Notes: a model not told the origin generated them from the sequence alone. A stretch of DNA of 63,207 bases, filler included, from Octopus bimaculoides (GCF_001194135.2; 5 parts of 4 records of this genome joined end to end with filler, not necessarily neighbours in it), one strand, 5' to 3'. Shown: positions 25,680-39,307, counted from the whole stretch's first letter. Numbers and translations are program-made.

Positions 25680-26020
25680 TATTTGTTTCAGTCGAACGCA
25701 GGACTTATTCTTTGTAAGCCACGTACTTAATCTATCGGTCTATTTTGCCGAACCACTGAGTTAGGGAAACATCAACACACCAATATCGGTTATCAAGCGA
25801 TGGTGGGAGACAAACACAGACACAAACACACGCACATATACATGCATACACACACATATATATAAATTATATATAAATATATGCGACAGTCTTATTTCAG
25901 TTTCCCTCTACCAAATCGACTCACATGGATTTGGTCGGCCCCAGATTATAGTAGAAGATACTTGCTCGAGGTGCCACACAGTGGAACTGAATCCAGAACT
26001 ATGCTACTTCCCACACAACC
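25680..26020 (-). mobile_element. Family B SINE (diverged)
   Basis: Colinear with other copies. Confidence 0.8.
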
Positions 26021-26033
26021 ACTCCGTAGACAT

Positions 26034-26073
<40 letters not shown>

Positions 26074-26177
26074 TATATATATATATATATACATATATAT
26101 ACATATATGTATGTACCGACACATACACATATAAACATGTATGTATATTATGTATTTGTCTGCATGTATATATGTAT

Positions 26178-26274
<97 letters not shown>

Positions 26275-26734
26275 TCTATTCTTTTCCCTAATATTTATCA
26301 ATATACAGTCAATAGAAGAGCATCAACTACCACACAGAAATGAATATTTAACCATACATGTAAATACATATAAGCTTTTGCTATTACTAGCATGTCACAA
26401 GGGAGATAACATGCATTGTTAACCATGTCGATATAGCATCTATGTTACAGGCACATTCCTGTGCGTGTGTGTTTCTTTACATGTATGTATGTATGTATAT
26501 GTGTGCGTATGGATATTTTGGTAGAGTGTATATGTTATTGTTTATATTTTTGTGTGTGCGGGTGGTTTTGTTACAATTTTTCTCATAAACATGAGAAAAG
26601 CAACACACCCACATATATGCACACGTTTATTAAACTTCTATATTTGTACTCCTTGTGCAGTATACATTAATACGCGTATATTAACGTGTGTGCGCGCGCC
26701 CGTGTATATATATATTCATACATACACATAGGGA

Positions 26735-27102
26735 AGAGCAATGGCCCAGTGGTTAGGGCAGCGGTTAGGATCGCGGTTTCGATTCCCAGACCGGGCATTG
26801 TGAGTGTTTATTGAGCGAAAACACCTAAAAAGCTCCACGAGGCTCCGGCAGGGGATGGTGGCGAACCCTGCTGTACTCTTTCACCACAACTTTCTCTCAC
26901 TCTTACTTCCTGTTTCTGTTGTGCCTGTAAATTCAAACGGCCAGCCTTGTCACACTGTGTCACGCTGAATATCCCCGAGAACTACGTTAAGGGTACACGT
27001 GTCTGTGGAGTGCTCAGCCACTTGCACGTTAATTTCACGAGCAGGCTGTTCCGTTGATCGGATCAACTGGAACCGTCGACGCCGTAAGCGACGGAGTGCC
27101 AA
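26735..27102 (+). mobile_element. tRNA-derived SINE, family C
   Basis: A box TGGCCCAGTGGTTAG, B box GGTTTCGATTCCC. Near-identical body to 42615-42925. Confidence 0.9.
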
Positions 27103-27323
27103 CCTACACATACGTATGAATAAATATATAAATAAATATGTGTGTGTGCTGTGTGTGTGTGTATACTGCATGTATGTATGAATGTATGTAACAAGTTTCA
27201 CTTCAGATTTAAAGGAAGCATGCGCGAAACTCTCGGCCTTCGAGTTAGTTTTGTAATTTTTTGTGGCTTAAAAATATAAAGTACATATATTCACGTGCTG
27301 TATTTCAAGTTATCATGTACATA

Positions 27324-27519
27324 CGAGAGGGTGCTGAAATGTTCCAGGCATCGGGTAACAAAAACTACAGGAGGATCAGTTAATTATGAATCTTTTCAAC
27401 GCATTCCCTTTTCAGATTCACACACAAATTACAGCGGTTCTTCCGTTTTTCTATTCCTTGTAAAAGAACTAGGCTTTACGCGACACCCTTAAAGCCAGGA
27501 ACGTTTCAGCACCCCATCG
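27324..27519. mobile_element. 196-bp mariner-derived MITE with TIRs and TA target duplication
   Basis: TA-CGAGAGGGTGCTGAAATGTTCCAGGC ... GCCAGGAACGTTTCAGCACCCCATCG-TA. Confidence 0.85.
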
Positions 27520-27884
27520 TACATGTACACGCACACACACACACACACACACAAACACGCGCGCGCATATATATAGAGAGAGATAGACAGGCAGATAGAC
27601 TTATATTTCTCCTTCCCACTGCCTCTCTATTTCTCTTTTCCTCACTCTGCCGCTCTCTCCCTCCCTCTTTCTCTCTCATCTTCTTTCTCTCATTCTCTTT
27701 CTCTCTATCTCTATCTATTTATCTATCTATCTTATACATGCGTTGGGCCTTCTAATTTGAGAGAGTGTAATAATTCATTCACGTATTACTGTGATGTTGA
27801 CACCTGCAACATTAACATACAACCTTACTCTATCAGGTAACACGCGACTATCAGGTAACACGTGTTCGTTGTCATCATATATTC

Positions 27885-28097
27885 TTTTCTACTCGAGGCA
27901 CAAGGCCCGAAATTTTTGGGGTGGGGGCCAGTCGATTATATCGATCCCAGTACGAAACTGGTACTTAATTTATCGACCCCGAAAGGATGAAAGCAAAGTC
28001 GACCTCGGCGGAATTTGAACTCAGAACATAGCGGTAGACGAAACACCGCTAAGCATTTCGCCCGGCGTGCTAACGTTTCGGCTAGCTCGCCGCCTTA
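27885..28097 (-). mobile_element. SINE family A
   Basis: Near full-length match to other copies. Confidence 0.9.
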
Positions 28098-28434
28098 GTA
28101 TGACGAGAATATTATGAAAGCGAACTCTATTTCGTGTCAGTTTGCAACGTCTGCTTTTCCGGCTTCTGTAGCTGAGGAGGAGAGAATTGCACCGAAATGC
28201 ATGCATCGCACAGTCTGGTTAGAGTACGCTGTGAACTGATTCGGTGTGTTTATACCTATTTGTATGAAGCGAAAAATTTTCGCCATGACAAAATACAGTG
28301 AATGACTTTCATATGAATTCGAATATCACTCAAACATATTTCAACTGCTAACAAGTTTGTACTTAAACACATCATTATTTGATACTGTCACCGTATTTTA
28401 ACTATTAAGTTTATAATATTTAACATAGCTCAGT

Positions 28435-28650
28435 CATGGAGCAGTCAGAATCGTTAGCAAAGGCGAGCAACATAATTTAACGGCATTTCGTCCGTCTCTA
28501 CGTTCTGAGTTCAAATTCCACCGAAGTCGACTTTGCTTTTCATTCTTTCGAGGTTGATAAAACAAGTACCAGGTGAGCACTGGGGTAGATGCAATCGGTT
28601 TATTCTATCCCCCGAATTTGCAGGCGTTGCACCAAAACTTGAGAACAATA
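28435..28650 (+). mobile_element. SINE family A (diverged)
   Basis: GAGTTCAAATTCC..GTCGACTTTGC..AAGTACCAG. Confidence 0.85.
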
Positions 28651-29394
28651 TCTAACATCGCTGTTAGTTCTCATTCTTTTTTTTAATGTTAAATAATTAC
28701 TCAAACACTTTTATTCTATTTTAATAAAAATGGTCAGTCGTGCATATTTATCTGATGAAGATTTTAAAATATCGCAAAGTTTCAAATCAATGACCAAATA
28801 TTTTGGTAAAATATATCGAACTGTTCAAATTATCATGCGTTTCATCTATTGGAAAAGTGTTCTAATGGATCTGTTGTAATTTTTCAAGCATAAAATCATT
28901 TGTCCTTTGTCTTTTCTCTCCCTATTTCTCTCTCCCTCCTCCCTCTCCTTCTCTCCGTCTCTCCTCCTCCTCTCTTCCCCCTCTCTCTCTTTCTCTTTTT
29001 TCCCGACTTTTCGCCGCCTTGTTCTTCCCTGCTTCTCTCCCCTTCCTTCCCTCTTTCTTTCTCATCTCTCACCCTTTAATATATGTACATCAAAATGCCA
29101 ACATTTTAGCCACCATGTTTGTTGAGCTTTCAAACGCTTAATTACAGCTTCACGAAGCCACTTCAATTTGAAAGTTGTTATTAGTTTTCGCTTAAAAATT
29201 TCCACTGCCGTATACTTTAACTGCATAAAACAGAAAACCCAAAACGATCAAGTTTAGAATCTGAAGAAACTTCTGATGGACTAATAACGGCAATATAAAA
29301 CACGAAGATTGGTAAACAATATTAGCATTGACGGATGTACAATTCATTTTCGTCACTTTAGTCCTCCGTTTGAGACTGCGGAAATAATGTAAGC

Positions 29395-29530
29395 AGACGT
29401 TGAGGAACAGATTAGGTGTAGAGATAATGTCGTATAGGGGGGCGGTGGCATGTGATAATGCGACGGCAAAAAGGCTCAGCGAACGAAAGTGAGAAAGTTG
29501 GACAAGAACAAATCGACTAAACCCTCCAAC
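29395..29530 (+). mobile_element. Possible RTE-type LINE 3' ORF remnant
   Basis: LRNRLGV..RWHVIMR resembles the RTE terminal LRxxLGxxxI..RLRWYGHVxR. Heavily decayed. Confidence 0.3.
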
Positions 29531-29714
29531 AGACGATAGAGTTGCAGTGAGAGTACTAATTTTAAGGTGTACTAAAATATTATTTCCTTTTTGGGTGGGT
29601 CGTTCCGCTAATAGAATTACCTATTCTGGCTGATGTTAACTTTTTTCTGAGGAAAGTATACGGCTGTGTATATGTGCATATTTGTCTGCCTACATAAAGA
29701 CGTGTGTGTTAATT

Positions 29715-30145
29715 GGTGAGCTGGCAGAAACGTTAGCAAGCCGGGCGAAATTCTTAGAGGTATTTCGTCTGCCGTTACGTTCTGAGTTCAAATTCCGCCG
29801 AGATCGACTTTGCCTTTCATCCCCCTTAAGGGGTCGATAAATTAAGTACCAGTTACGCGCTGGTTTCGATGTAATCGACTTAATTCCTTTGTCTGTCCTT
29901 GTTTGTCCCCTCTATGTTTAGCCCCTTGTGGGTAATAAAGAAATAAGAAACGTTAACACTACGGGCGTAATGTTTAGCGGTATTTCATCTGTCTTTATGT
30001 TCTGAGTTCAAATTCAGCCGCGGTGGACTTTGCCTTTCATCCTTTCGGGGTCGATGAATTAAGTACCAGTTGCGTACTGGAGCCGATCTAATCGACTGCC
30101 TCCCACCCCAAAAATTTCGGGCCTTGTTCCTCGGGTAGAAAAGTA
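29715..30145 (+). mobile_element. Dimeric family A SINE
   Basis: Two A-family monomers (29715-29945, 29946-30145) joined by the linker TTTGTCTGTCCTTGTTTGTCCCCTCTATGTTTAGCCCCTTGTGGG. Confidence 0.9.
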
Positions 30146-30599
30146 TATACGTGTGCGTGTGAGTGTGTGTGTGTGTGTCTAGTGTGTTTGTACATGCATA
30201 AGAATATGAATACTTATACACACACATGCACACATATACTCACGCACACATACACACATACACACATACACGCATAAAACGAAGGAGGATGCGATGAAGT
30301 GACAGCGATAATAATGCTGACAGTTGTAGAGATGACGAGGGCTGTATTAAAACTAATCATAGTAAGGATGCTGATGATGGTAAACGTCAAATCAATCCCT
30401 ATCCAGCAAACTTATAATATAGTGACACTTGGAATGCATTGTGAGTGTTACTATATCCCATAGCTGAAACATGGCATATCTATCTCGGGCTACATTATCT
30501 GATGTTTCCTTCTGCTTTAAAAAAAATAAAGGCGCGCCCCAGCTGGACTTGATTTTGAGTTGACTTGACTGCTATTTCTGGAGTCTCTCTTTTTGATGA

Positions 30600-30930
30600 C
30601 AATCATATTCTTGCTGTAGTTCGCGGTGCTACAACTGATAGTGGCGGTGGCTGTGGTGGTAGTGGTGGTGGTGGTAATTGGCGTCATCGTCATCGTCGTC
30701 ACGGCTGTCGTCGTTGTCATCGTCGTCGTCGTCGTCATTGCAGTCGTTATCATTATCATCGCTGTTGTTCTCGTTGTCGTTGCCAATGCTGACGTCATCG
30801 TGATTATAGTGGTGGTGGTGGTGGTGGTGGAAGTCGTCGTTATGATTGTCATCATCATCGTCATCATTATTGTGGTGGTGGTAACAATGGTGGTGGTTAA
30901 TGTTATAAAGATGGCTACATGGGAGGAGTA
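30600..30930. repeat. Mosaic trinucleotide low-complexity tract (GGT/CGT/CAT/GAT)
   Basis: Seen directly. It explains ORFs 30517-30867, 30565-30792 and 30626-30931. Confidence 0.9.
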
Positions 30931-30989
30931 ACTGTGAAACTATTGGAGATGTACTTTTGGTGCGTGTGCATCAGTGGTGATAGAAATAA

Positions 30990-31375
30990 TCCTTTCTACT
31001 CTAGGCACAAGGCCTGAAATTTAGGGGGAGGGGGCCAGCGTATGTATGCAACTGGTACTTACTTTATCGACCCCGAAAGGACAAAAGGCAAAGTCGACCT
31101 CCGCATAATTTGAACTCAGAACGCAAAGACAGACGAAATACCTATTTCGTTATTGCCCACAAGGGGCTAAACATAGAGGAAAGAAACAAGAACAGACGAA
31201 CGGATTAAGTCGATTACATCGACCCCAGTGCGTAACTGGTACTTAATTTATCGACCCCGAAAGGATGAAAGGCAAAGTCGACCTCGGCGGAATTTGAACT
31301 CAGAACGTAACGGCAGACGAAATACCGCTAAGCATTTCGCCCGGCGTGCTAACGATTCTGCCAACTCGACGACTT
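30990..31375 (-). mobile_element. Dimeric family A SINE, inverted relative to 29715-30145
   Basis: Reverse complement of the same two monomers and linker (GCCCACAAGGGGCTAAACATAGAGG). Confidence 0.9.
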
Positions 31376-31809
31376 ACTAGTTTTTATAATAAAGAAATTG
31401 CTCAATATTTGTTTGAACACTGAACAGGAAGACATTTGATTTGAGACGATCCACTCATGACCACCGCACTTTGTTGTACTATATGCAACTACATAAAGCA
31501 TTATCTACATTCACAAGACGGTAATGTAGTCTTTGAGGGAACATATGGTTGCTATCTCAAGCACGGCGTGCCACGACGTGGAGGCTTATACCTTAACCTG
31601 GAGGAATAACGGTTACCATTATTGTTGTTTAGTCCTATGTATTCCCTAATTAAACAGACCTAAATTCAAATGTGTTCCATCCTTGACCACCTGTCGAATA
31701 ATCTGGTTTTAGGCAGTATAACGTCTCCGTTATTTGAAATTTTAGGTTTGAGGATTTGAGGTGATTTAACTGCTATATCTAACACTTCGTCTAATTTATT
31801 GGCATGCAG

Positions 31810-32165
31810 TGTAACATGGTGGCGTTGGTGGTGGTGGTAGTGGTGGTAACGGTGATGCTGGTTGATAGTGATGATAATAGCATTGGTGGTGGTGGTGGTG
31901 ATGGCGGGTGATAACGGTAGTGGTAATAGTAGTGGTGGTGGCGGCGGTGGTGATGATGGTGATGATGTCGATAGAAGCTGATAATGGTGATGATAGTAGT
32001 GGCATTTATGGTGATGGTGTATGATAACGGTGATGAAGTTTTTATTGTTGCTGTTGTTGATGGTGGTGGTGGTGGTGGTGACGGTTGTGGTGGTGGCGAT
32101 GGTGGTAATAGTGGTAGTGGTGGCAGTGGTAGGAAGAGTGGCTGATAGCGTTATTGGTTCTGGTG
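31810..32165. repeat. Mosaic (GGT/GAT)n tract
   Basis: Seen directly in the sequence. Confidence 0.9.
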
Positions 32166-32169
32166 ATGG

Positions 32170-32385
32170 TGGCTGAATCATTACCGCGCCGGAGGATACG
32201 CTTAGCGGCATCACTTACGGTTTTACGTTCTGAGTTCGAATTCTGCCGAGGTCGGCTTTCCCTTTTATCCTTTCGGCGGTCGATAAAAAATCGGTACCAG
32301 TCGAACATCGGGGTCGATGCAATCGATTAGAGCCCATTCCCCTAGCAACCCCTCCCGTAAAATTTCGGGCTCTGTGACAATAATA
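32170..32385 (+). mobile_element. SINE family A (diverged)
   Basis: GAGTTCGAATTCTGCCGAGGTCGGCTTT..GGTCGATAAAAAATCGGTACCAG. Confidence 0.85.
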
Positions 32386-33243
32386 GAAAGGAAATTCGTA
32401 TTGGTTGTNNNNNNNNNNNNNNNNNNNNNNNNNNNNNNNNNNNNNNNNNNNNNNNNNNNNNNNNNNNNNNNNNNNNNNNNNNNNNNNNNNNNNNNNNNNN
32501 NNNNNNNNNNNNNNNNNNNNNNNNNNNNNNNNNNNNNNNNNNNNNNNNNNNNNNNNNNNNNNNNNNNNNNNNNNNNNNNNNNNNNNNNNNNNNNNNNNNN
32601 NNNNNNNNNNNNNNNNNNNNNNNNNNNNNNNNNNNNNNNNNNNNNNNNNNNNNNNNNNNNNNNNNNNNNNNNNNNNNNNNNNNNNNNNNNNNNNNNNNNN
32701 NNNNNNNNNNNNNNNNNNNNNNNNNNNNNNNNNNNNNNNNNNNNNNNNNNNNNNNNNNNNNNNNNNNNNNNNNNNNNNNNNNNNNNNNNTGTTAGACGAT
32801 GAAGATGAATATTGATAATAGTGATGGTGACGGCTTTCCTTGTTTTATTTTGTTGTCGTTGCTGTTGTTGTTGTTAGTGGTGGTAGTGGCGGTGGTGGTG
32901 ATGGTGGTGGTGGTGGTGATGGTGACGTTCGTAGTGGTGATGCTAATATCTGTGATGATGACGGAAGATTGAATATGTGTTTATATACTGTTACAGGAGA
33001 GATGTGCTTGTCTGTATGCAGGTGCGCGCATGTGTGCATTTGATTGCGTCGGCGTGTGTGTGTGTGTGTGTGTGTGCACGCATGAGCGCGCGTGCGAAAG
33101 GGTGTGTATGTGTATGTGTGACAGAATGGTTCCTTGCCTATGTGACTGTGTAGTCGGATACGTGTGCGTTAGTGTGAATGTGTGAGAACGTGATCGCATG
33201 TGTATCTTTGTGCGCCTTCCTACCTAATCGGTGCGTGTATGCG

Positions 33244-33291
<48 letters not shown>

Positions 33292-34419
33292 TATGTCACT
33301 GACGGTAAAATTCGCGTTTCTGCGGTTGTGTATGTAAGAGTATTCTGTGTGTTTGTGTCTGTGTGTTTGTGTGTGTGCGTGTGTGTGTGTGTGTGTGTGC
33401 GTGATTTAAGGTTCCGTGAACTTCAGTCAGTGAGCCTGTGTGCAAATGAACAATGTATACATGCAAGCATGTAAATTTGTATGTATATACATATATAGAT
33501 AAAGGAATAGAGATACGTGTGTGTGCTTGTTTGTGTGTGTGTGTGTNNNNNNNNNNNNNNNNNNNNNNNNNNNNNNNNNNNNNNNNNNNNNNNNNNNNNN
33601 NNNNNNNNNNNNNNNNNNNNNNNNNNNNNNNNNNNNNNNNNNNNNNNNNNNNNNNNNNNNNNNNNNNNNNNNNNNNNNNNNNNNNNNNNNNNNNNNNNNN
33701 NNNNNNNNNNNNNNNNNNNNNNNNNNNNNNNNNNNNNNNNNNNNNNNNNNNNNNNNNNNNNNNNNNNNNNNNNNNNNNNNNNNNNNNNNNNNNNNNNNNN
33801 NNNNNNNNNNNNNNNNNNNNNNNNNNNNNNNNNNNNNNNNNNNNNNNNNNNNNNNNNNNNNNNNNNNNNNNNNNNNNNNNNNNNNNNNNNNNNNNNNNNN
33901 NNNNNNNNNNNNNNNNNNNNNNNNNNNNNNNNNNNNNNNNNNNNNNNNNNNNNNNNNNNNNNNNNNNNNNNNNNNNNNNNNNNNNNNNNNNNNNNNNNNN
34001 NNNNNNNNNNNNNNNNNNNNNNNNNNNNNNNNNNNNNNNNNNNNNNNNNNNNNNNNNNNNNNNNNNNNNNNNNNNNNNNNNNNNNNNNNNNNNNNNNNNN
34101 NNNNNNNNNNNNNNNNNNNNNNNNNNNNNNNNNNNNNNNNNNNNNNNNNNNNNNNNNNNNNNNNNNNNNNNNNNNNNNNNNNNNNNNNNNNNNNNNNNNN
34201 NNNNNNNNNNNNNNNNNNNNNNNNNNNNNNNNNNNNNNNNNNNNNNNNNNNNNNNNNNNNNNNNNNNNNNNNNNNNNNNNNNNNNNNNNNNNNNNNNNNN
34301 NATATATACGTACAAATATAAATGCATATGTATGTATGCGTGTGAGTGTGTGTATGTGTATGCATATATGTATGTGTCTACACATATGCATGTATGCATG
34401 AATGCATATATCTATACAT

Positions 34420-35015
34420 ACGAAGGCACAGGCGTGACTGCGTGCTTACAAGTTTGCTTCCCAACTACACTGTTTCGGGTTCAGTCCCACTGCGTGGCAC
34501 CTTGGGCACGAGTCTGCTACCTTAGCCTCGGGTCATCAAAGCCTACGCAGATGATTTGGCGAACGGAAATTGACAGAAACCCGTCGCATTTATTATATAT
34601 ATTTCTCTATATGTGTGTATTTTTGTGACTGTGTTTGTACTCCACCATCGCTTCACAACCGCCGTTGGTGTGTTTACGCCCTCATGACATAGCAGTTCGG
34701 CAAATAATACCGATGGGATTCGTACTACACTTGAAAGGAAAATAAATACTGGGATCATTTTGTTCCACTACATTCTTCGAGGCGATGCCCCACCACGGCC
34801 GCAGTCTAATTACTGAAACAACTAAAAAGAGAAAAGCGATATGTATATATATACATAGGCGTAGGAGTGGCTGTGTGGTATGTAACTTACCACATGGTTC
34901 TGGGTTCAGTCTCACTGCGTGGCACCTTGGGCAAGTGTCTTCTACTATAACCTCGGGCCGTCCAAAGCCTTGTGCATGGATTGGTAGACGGAAACTGAAA
35001 GAAGCACGTCGTATA
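34420..35015 (+). mobile_element. Tandem family B SINE copies (34420-34830 full, 34855-35015 5' half)
   Basis: GGTTCAGTCCCACTGCGTGGCACCTTGGGC occurs twice, with the 3' half at 34625-34830. Confidence 0.85.
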
Positions 35016-35019
35016 TATG

Positions 35020-35080
<61 letters not shown>

Positions 35081-35181
35081 NNNNNNNNNNNNNNNNNNNN
35101 NNNNNNNNNNNNNNNNNNNNNNNNTTAATTAATTAANNNNNNNNNNNNNNNNNNNNNNNNNNNNNNNNNNNNNNNNNNNNG

Positions 35182-35222
<41 letters not shown>

Positions 35223-36191
35223 GACGTATACATATAGTAAGAGAGAAATGTAAATATAGACAGCTTGATTGATAGATTGGTAGGTAAACATAACAATAAA
35301 TAAATACGTATGTGTACAGGTAGACAAAAAAGCATGTGGCTAGATAGGTATGGAGATAGATAAATAGATAATTAATTAAAAGGATAGATTAAAAAAAATA
35401 CACACGCATGGCATTAATGCAAAAATGTCCATAATTCTACATCGGAAGCAACTTGGCCCCGTGACAATCAGAAATAACCTCTCATGCATGAAATTTAAAC
35501 TTTTTAGTTTTCTCGTAAAATCGAATTTTATTTTTAATTTTATTTTAAACATAAAAGGACTTGGCATTCACCTCAATCCTTTCATCGTAGCAAAATGTGT
35601 TGAAGTGGGTATTGAAGCCTCTCTTCAGTGATGAAGTTCATGATTTGTAAAAATAGAAGAATGAAATTGTGTCATCTATAAAAGCCGTTAGTTCTTAAGC
35701 AGTTTTGAAGTTTTATAACTTTAGTTCTATGTAAGCTTGACTTAATCTAGAGAAAAGAGATAATAAGTGAATTAAAATTATTACATCTTTAAATTGATTT
35801 ACTCTCGAAAGTGTTAATTTTCAGCCTGCTGAATACCATCATTGTGTATACAAAACGTGATGCAATTTTGAAGTTCTAGAAATACGTTTCATTTTCCCCT
35901 GAAGAAATTGTTAACAGATCACATTAAAATCAATTGAATATGTATGTTAACTACGTAATTATGTAAATGTTGATTCTTTTTTTATTCTATTGAAACAGTT
36001 ATAGAGAACAATGAATCATATATGAATTTAAGTTTCTCCCCATTTTACTGTTCTAAATATGTTACCCCTCAGCTATCGTTTGAACTCATCCTGTATATAC
36101 ATGCAAGTTTAATCCACCAATATTCATTGCATTCTAACAATGTATTGGAGGTTAACGATATGTTAATCATTGAGCTCTTAAATACTTTTGT

Positions 36192-36525
36192 GAGGGCGCA
36201 TCATTCAGTAGTTAGAGCGTTGGGCACACAATCACGATGTAGTGAGTCGATTCCTGGACCGGACTGTGTGTTGCATTCTTGAGTAAGACAATTTATTTCA
36301 CATTGCTCTAGTTCACTCAGCTATAGAAATGAGTTGCGACGTCACTGATGAGTCACTGATGACAAGCTGTATTGGCCTTTGCCTTTACCTTGGATAACAT
36401 CGGTGGCGTGGAGAGGGAAGGTTGGTATGCATGGGCGGGTGCTGGTCTTCCATAAACAACCTTGCTCGGAGGGTAACTTTCTAGGTGCAATCCCATAATC
36501 ATTCATGACAGAAGGGGTTTTTCCC
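36192..36525 (+). mobile_element. tRNA-derived SINE, family D
   Basis: A-box-like TTCAGTAGTTAGAGCG, B-box-like GAGTCGATTCC, then CTTGAGTAAGACAATTTATTTCAC..CTCAGCT..AAATGAGT, typical of a central SINE domain. Confidence 0.65.
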
Positions 36526-37723
36526 TTATTTTAAATACTACTGATATATTTTAACATATTTATACATCAATTCAGTATAAATGAATGTGTTTAGCTACAG
36601 ATATTCACTTGCAACCTGAATCACATTAGTTTTTGTAGCTGGAACTAGGAAGATATCAACCACCACTAGTTAAAAGGATTTGCTTTAGGTGGAGGAGCGG
36701 AGGCAGAATCACACATCAGACGAATTAGTGTTTGATTGCCGAATCATGTCACTAGGGAGCATTGTTTTGTGAAGACTGAAAGGAGTACATCTTATCACCG
36801 CTCAAAACGCTCAAAGTTCATATCAGCGGAAAGGTGCGCCATAGTTACATATCCTGCAAGCTAGAGAACAACCATTGCATTAACAAAAAGTGTGACCTCT
36901 CCTGGGCTTGTCATAGATATGTACCATCCCACCTAGAAATAGGATACGTAGGAACTACGACGTATCTGATCCTGATCAATAAGTAAATGAAGATACCTCT
37001 AAACTAATACGTTGTGATATTAAAAAAATAGCTGATGAGGCCATACCAAACCATACTAACTTCATAAGCAGCTACCAACAAAAATACCCACAAAGTACCA
37101 GCTTCCCATAAAACATGACATTGTGGCGAAATATATTAGCATTGTTATCCAGTGGAAGGATTTTCTGGGTGGTCACAGAAAAAAGCACATCTTATCTGGA
37201 ATGTATCCGTACTTCTATAATTAATAGATTTTTGTGGATTATTCTAATACAAAACAACAATCCGGTACAAACGTAACAAACCTCATATTTTTTCTGCGGT
37301 ACAGCAGAATGAAAGTCATGCACTGTTAGGAATTACTCATCTAAAGTTTTAGAAAAACAGAGTATCTACGCTTGAACTTCCAATTCTAATCAATAGCGCC
37401 TCGTTTATAGCTATTGTCATATGACATGCATTATGGAGTAGCGTATTTGCATAACAGCAAATAAATTCCGTTTCTTTTTTTTTTTTTTCAAAGAAAGCCT
37501 GGTATTATTCAAATACAATTTATTTGTGGTACAGTGAAGATTTGCAAAAGGTTTTGTGGAATCTCCGTTTCATTTCCGTTGAAAGGAATTAAATGTATAT
37601 ATTCGTTGAAGAGAGTGAAATTCATACATACATACATACAGACATACAAAAGGCTGATTAGAAGACTACAGATTCAAGCCATCAATGGAACTGTAAAGAT
37701 ATGTAAAACTTTCCAAAAGTTTA

Positions 37724-37889
37724 GCACATAAATACATATGCATGCATCTAGACATGAAAATATATACATAAAAACGCATCCATAAAACAAACATACAAAT
37801 CTGCGCATAAATCCATATGCATACGCCTAGACATGAAAATATATACACAAAAACACATCCATAAAACAAACATACAAATCTGCGCATAC
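37724..37889. repeat. Two tandem copies of a 79-bp unit
   Basis: GCRCATAAATMCATATGCAT..CTAGACATGAAAATATATACAYAAAAACRCATCCATAAAACAAACATACAAATCT starts at 37724 and 37803, and restarts at 37882. Confidence 0.9.
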
Positions 37890-39230
37890 ACTAACACCAA
37901 ATACTGCACACACACACATATGCACAAATACCTAGATGATGTTGATAAAAGTTCCAATGAAGGAGCCTTGAATCTATGTTAGAGTCCGGCTCTTTCTCTA
38001 TTGACAAGAAATACAGAANNNNNNNNNNNNNNNNNNNNNNNNNNNNNNNNNNNNNNNNNNNNNNNNNNNNNNNNNNNNNNNNNNNNNNNNNNNNNNNNNN
38101 NNNNNNNNNNNNNNNNNNNNNNNNNNNNNNNNNNNNNNNNNNNNNNNNNNNNNNNNNNNNNNNNNNNNNNNNNNNNNNNNNNNNNNNNNNNNNNNNNNNN
38201 NNNNNNNNNNNNNNNNNNNNNNNNNNNNNNNNNNNNNNNNNNNNNNNNNNNNNNNNNNNNNNNNNNNNNNNNNNNNNNNNNNNNNNNNNNNNNNNNNNNN
38301 NNNNNNNNNNNNNNNNNNNNNNNNNNNNNNNNNNNNNNNNNNNNNNNNNNNNNNNNNNNNNNNNNNNNNNNNNNNNNNNNNNNNNNNNNNNNNNNNNNNN
38401 NNNNNNNNNNNNNNNNNNNNNNNNNNNNNNNNNNNNNNNNNNNNNNNNNNNNNNNNNNNNNNNNNNNNNNNNNNNNNNNNNNNNNNNNNNNNNNNNNNNN
38501 NNNNNNNNNNNNNNNNNNNNNNNNNNNNNNNNNNNNNNNNNNNNNNNNNNNNNNNNNNNNNNNNNNNNNNNNNNNNNNNNNNNNNNNNNNNNNNNNNNNN
38601 NNNNNNNNNNNNNNNNNNNNNNNNNNNNNNNNNNNNNNNNNNNNNNNNNNNNNNNNNNNNNNNNNNNNNNNNNNNNNNNNNNNNNNNNNNNNNNNNNNNN
38701 NNNNNNNNNNNNNNNNNNNNNNNNNNNNNNNNNNNNNNNNNNNNNNNNNNNNNNNNNNNNNNNNNNNNNNNNNNNNNNNNNNNNNNNNNNNNNNNNNNNN
38801 NNNNNNNNNNNNNNNNNNNNNNNNNNNNNNNNNNNNNNNNNNNNNNNNNNNNNNNNNNNNNNNNNNNNNNNNNNNNNNNNNNNNNNNNNNNNNNNNNNNN
38901 NNNNNNNNNNNNNNNNNNNNNNNNNNNNNNNNNNNNNNNNNNNNNNNNNNNNNNNNNNNGTAAACATGCATATATAAAAAGCAATACCAAATACCAAATT
39001 ACTTAAGGATATATACACTCATTACATCAGTATAAACACGTCCACAAATACACATATACACATGTCACATGTATACATTTTCGGACATACAAACATTCAC
39101 AAATAACTTGAATCTATTCCAGCAAAGAAGCCATGTGTTGTTTGTTAGTAATTGGTTTGAAATTCAACAATTAATATATAAATAATATAAATAAAACTCG
39201 ACTCAGTATCATGAAAGCAACACACACACA

Positions 39231-39307
<77 letters not shown>

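Noticed and set aside
26740-26795. tRNA gene calls at SINE heads (also 42619, 11520, 36200)
   Set aside because: A and B boxes are present, but there is no complete cloverleaf and each continues into a repeated SINE body.
36345-36362. CTGATGA twice in the family D SINE
   Set aside because: It is an 11-bp tandem duplication (GTCACTGATGA) with no GAAA or stems.
37029-37058. TAG-CTGATGA-GG-CCATA-CC-AAAC-CATA-CTA minimal hammerhead-like string
   Set aside because: It lacks the essential G12, and its stems are only 2-3 bp, which is within chance expectation.
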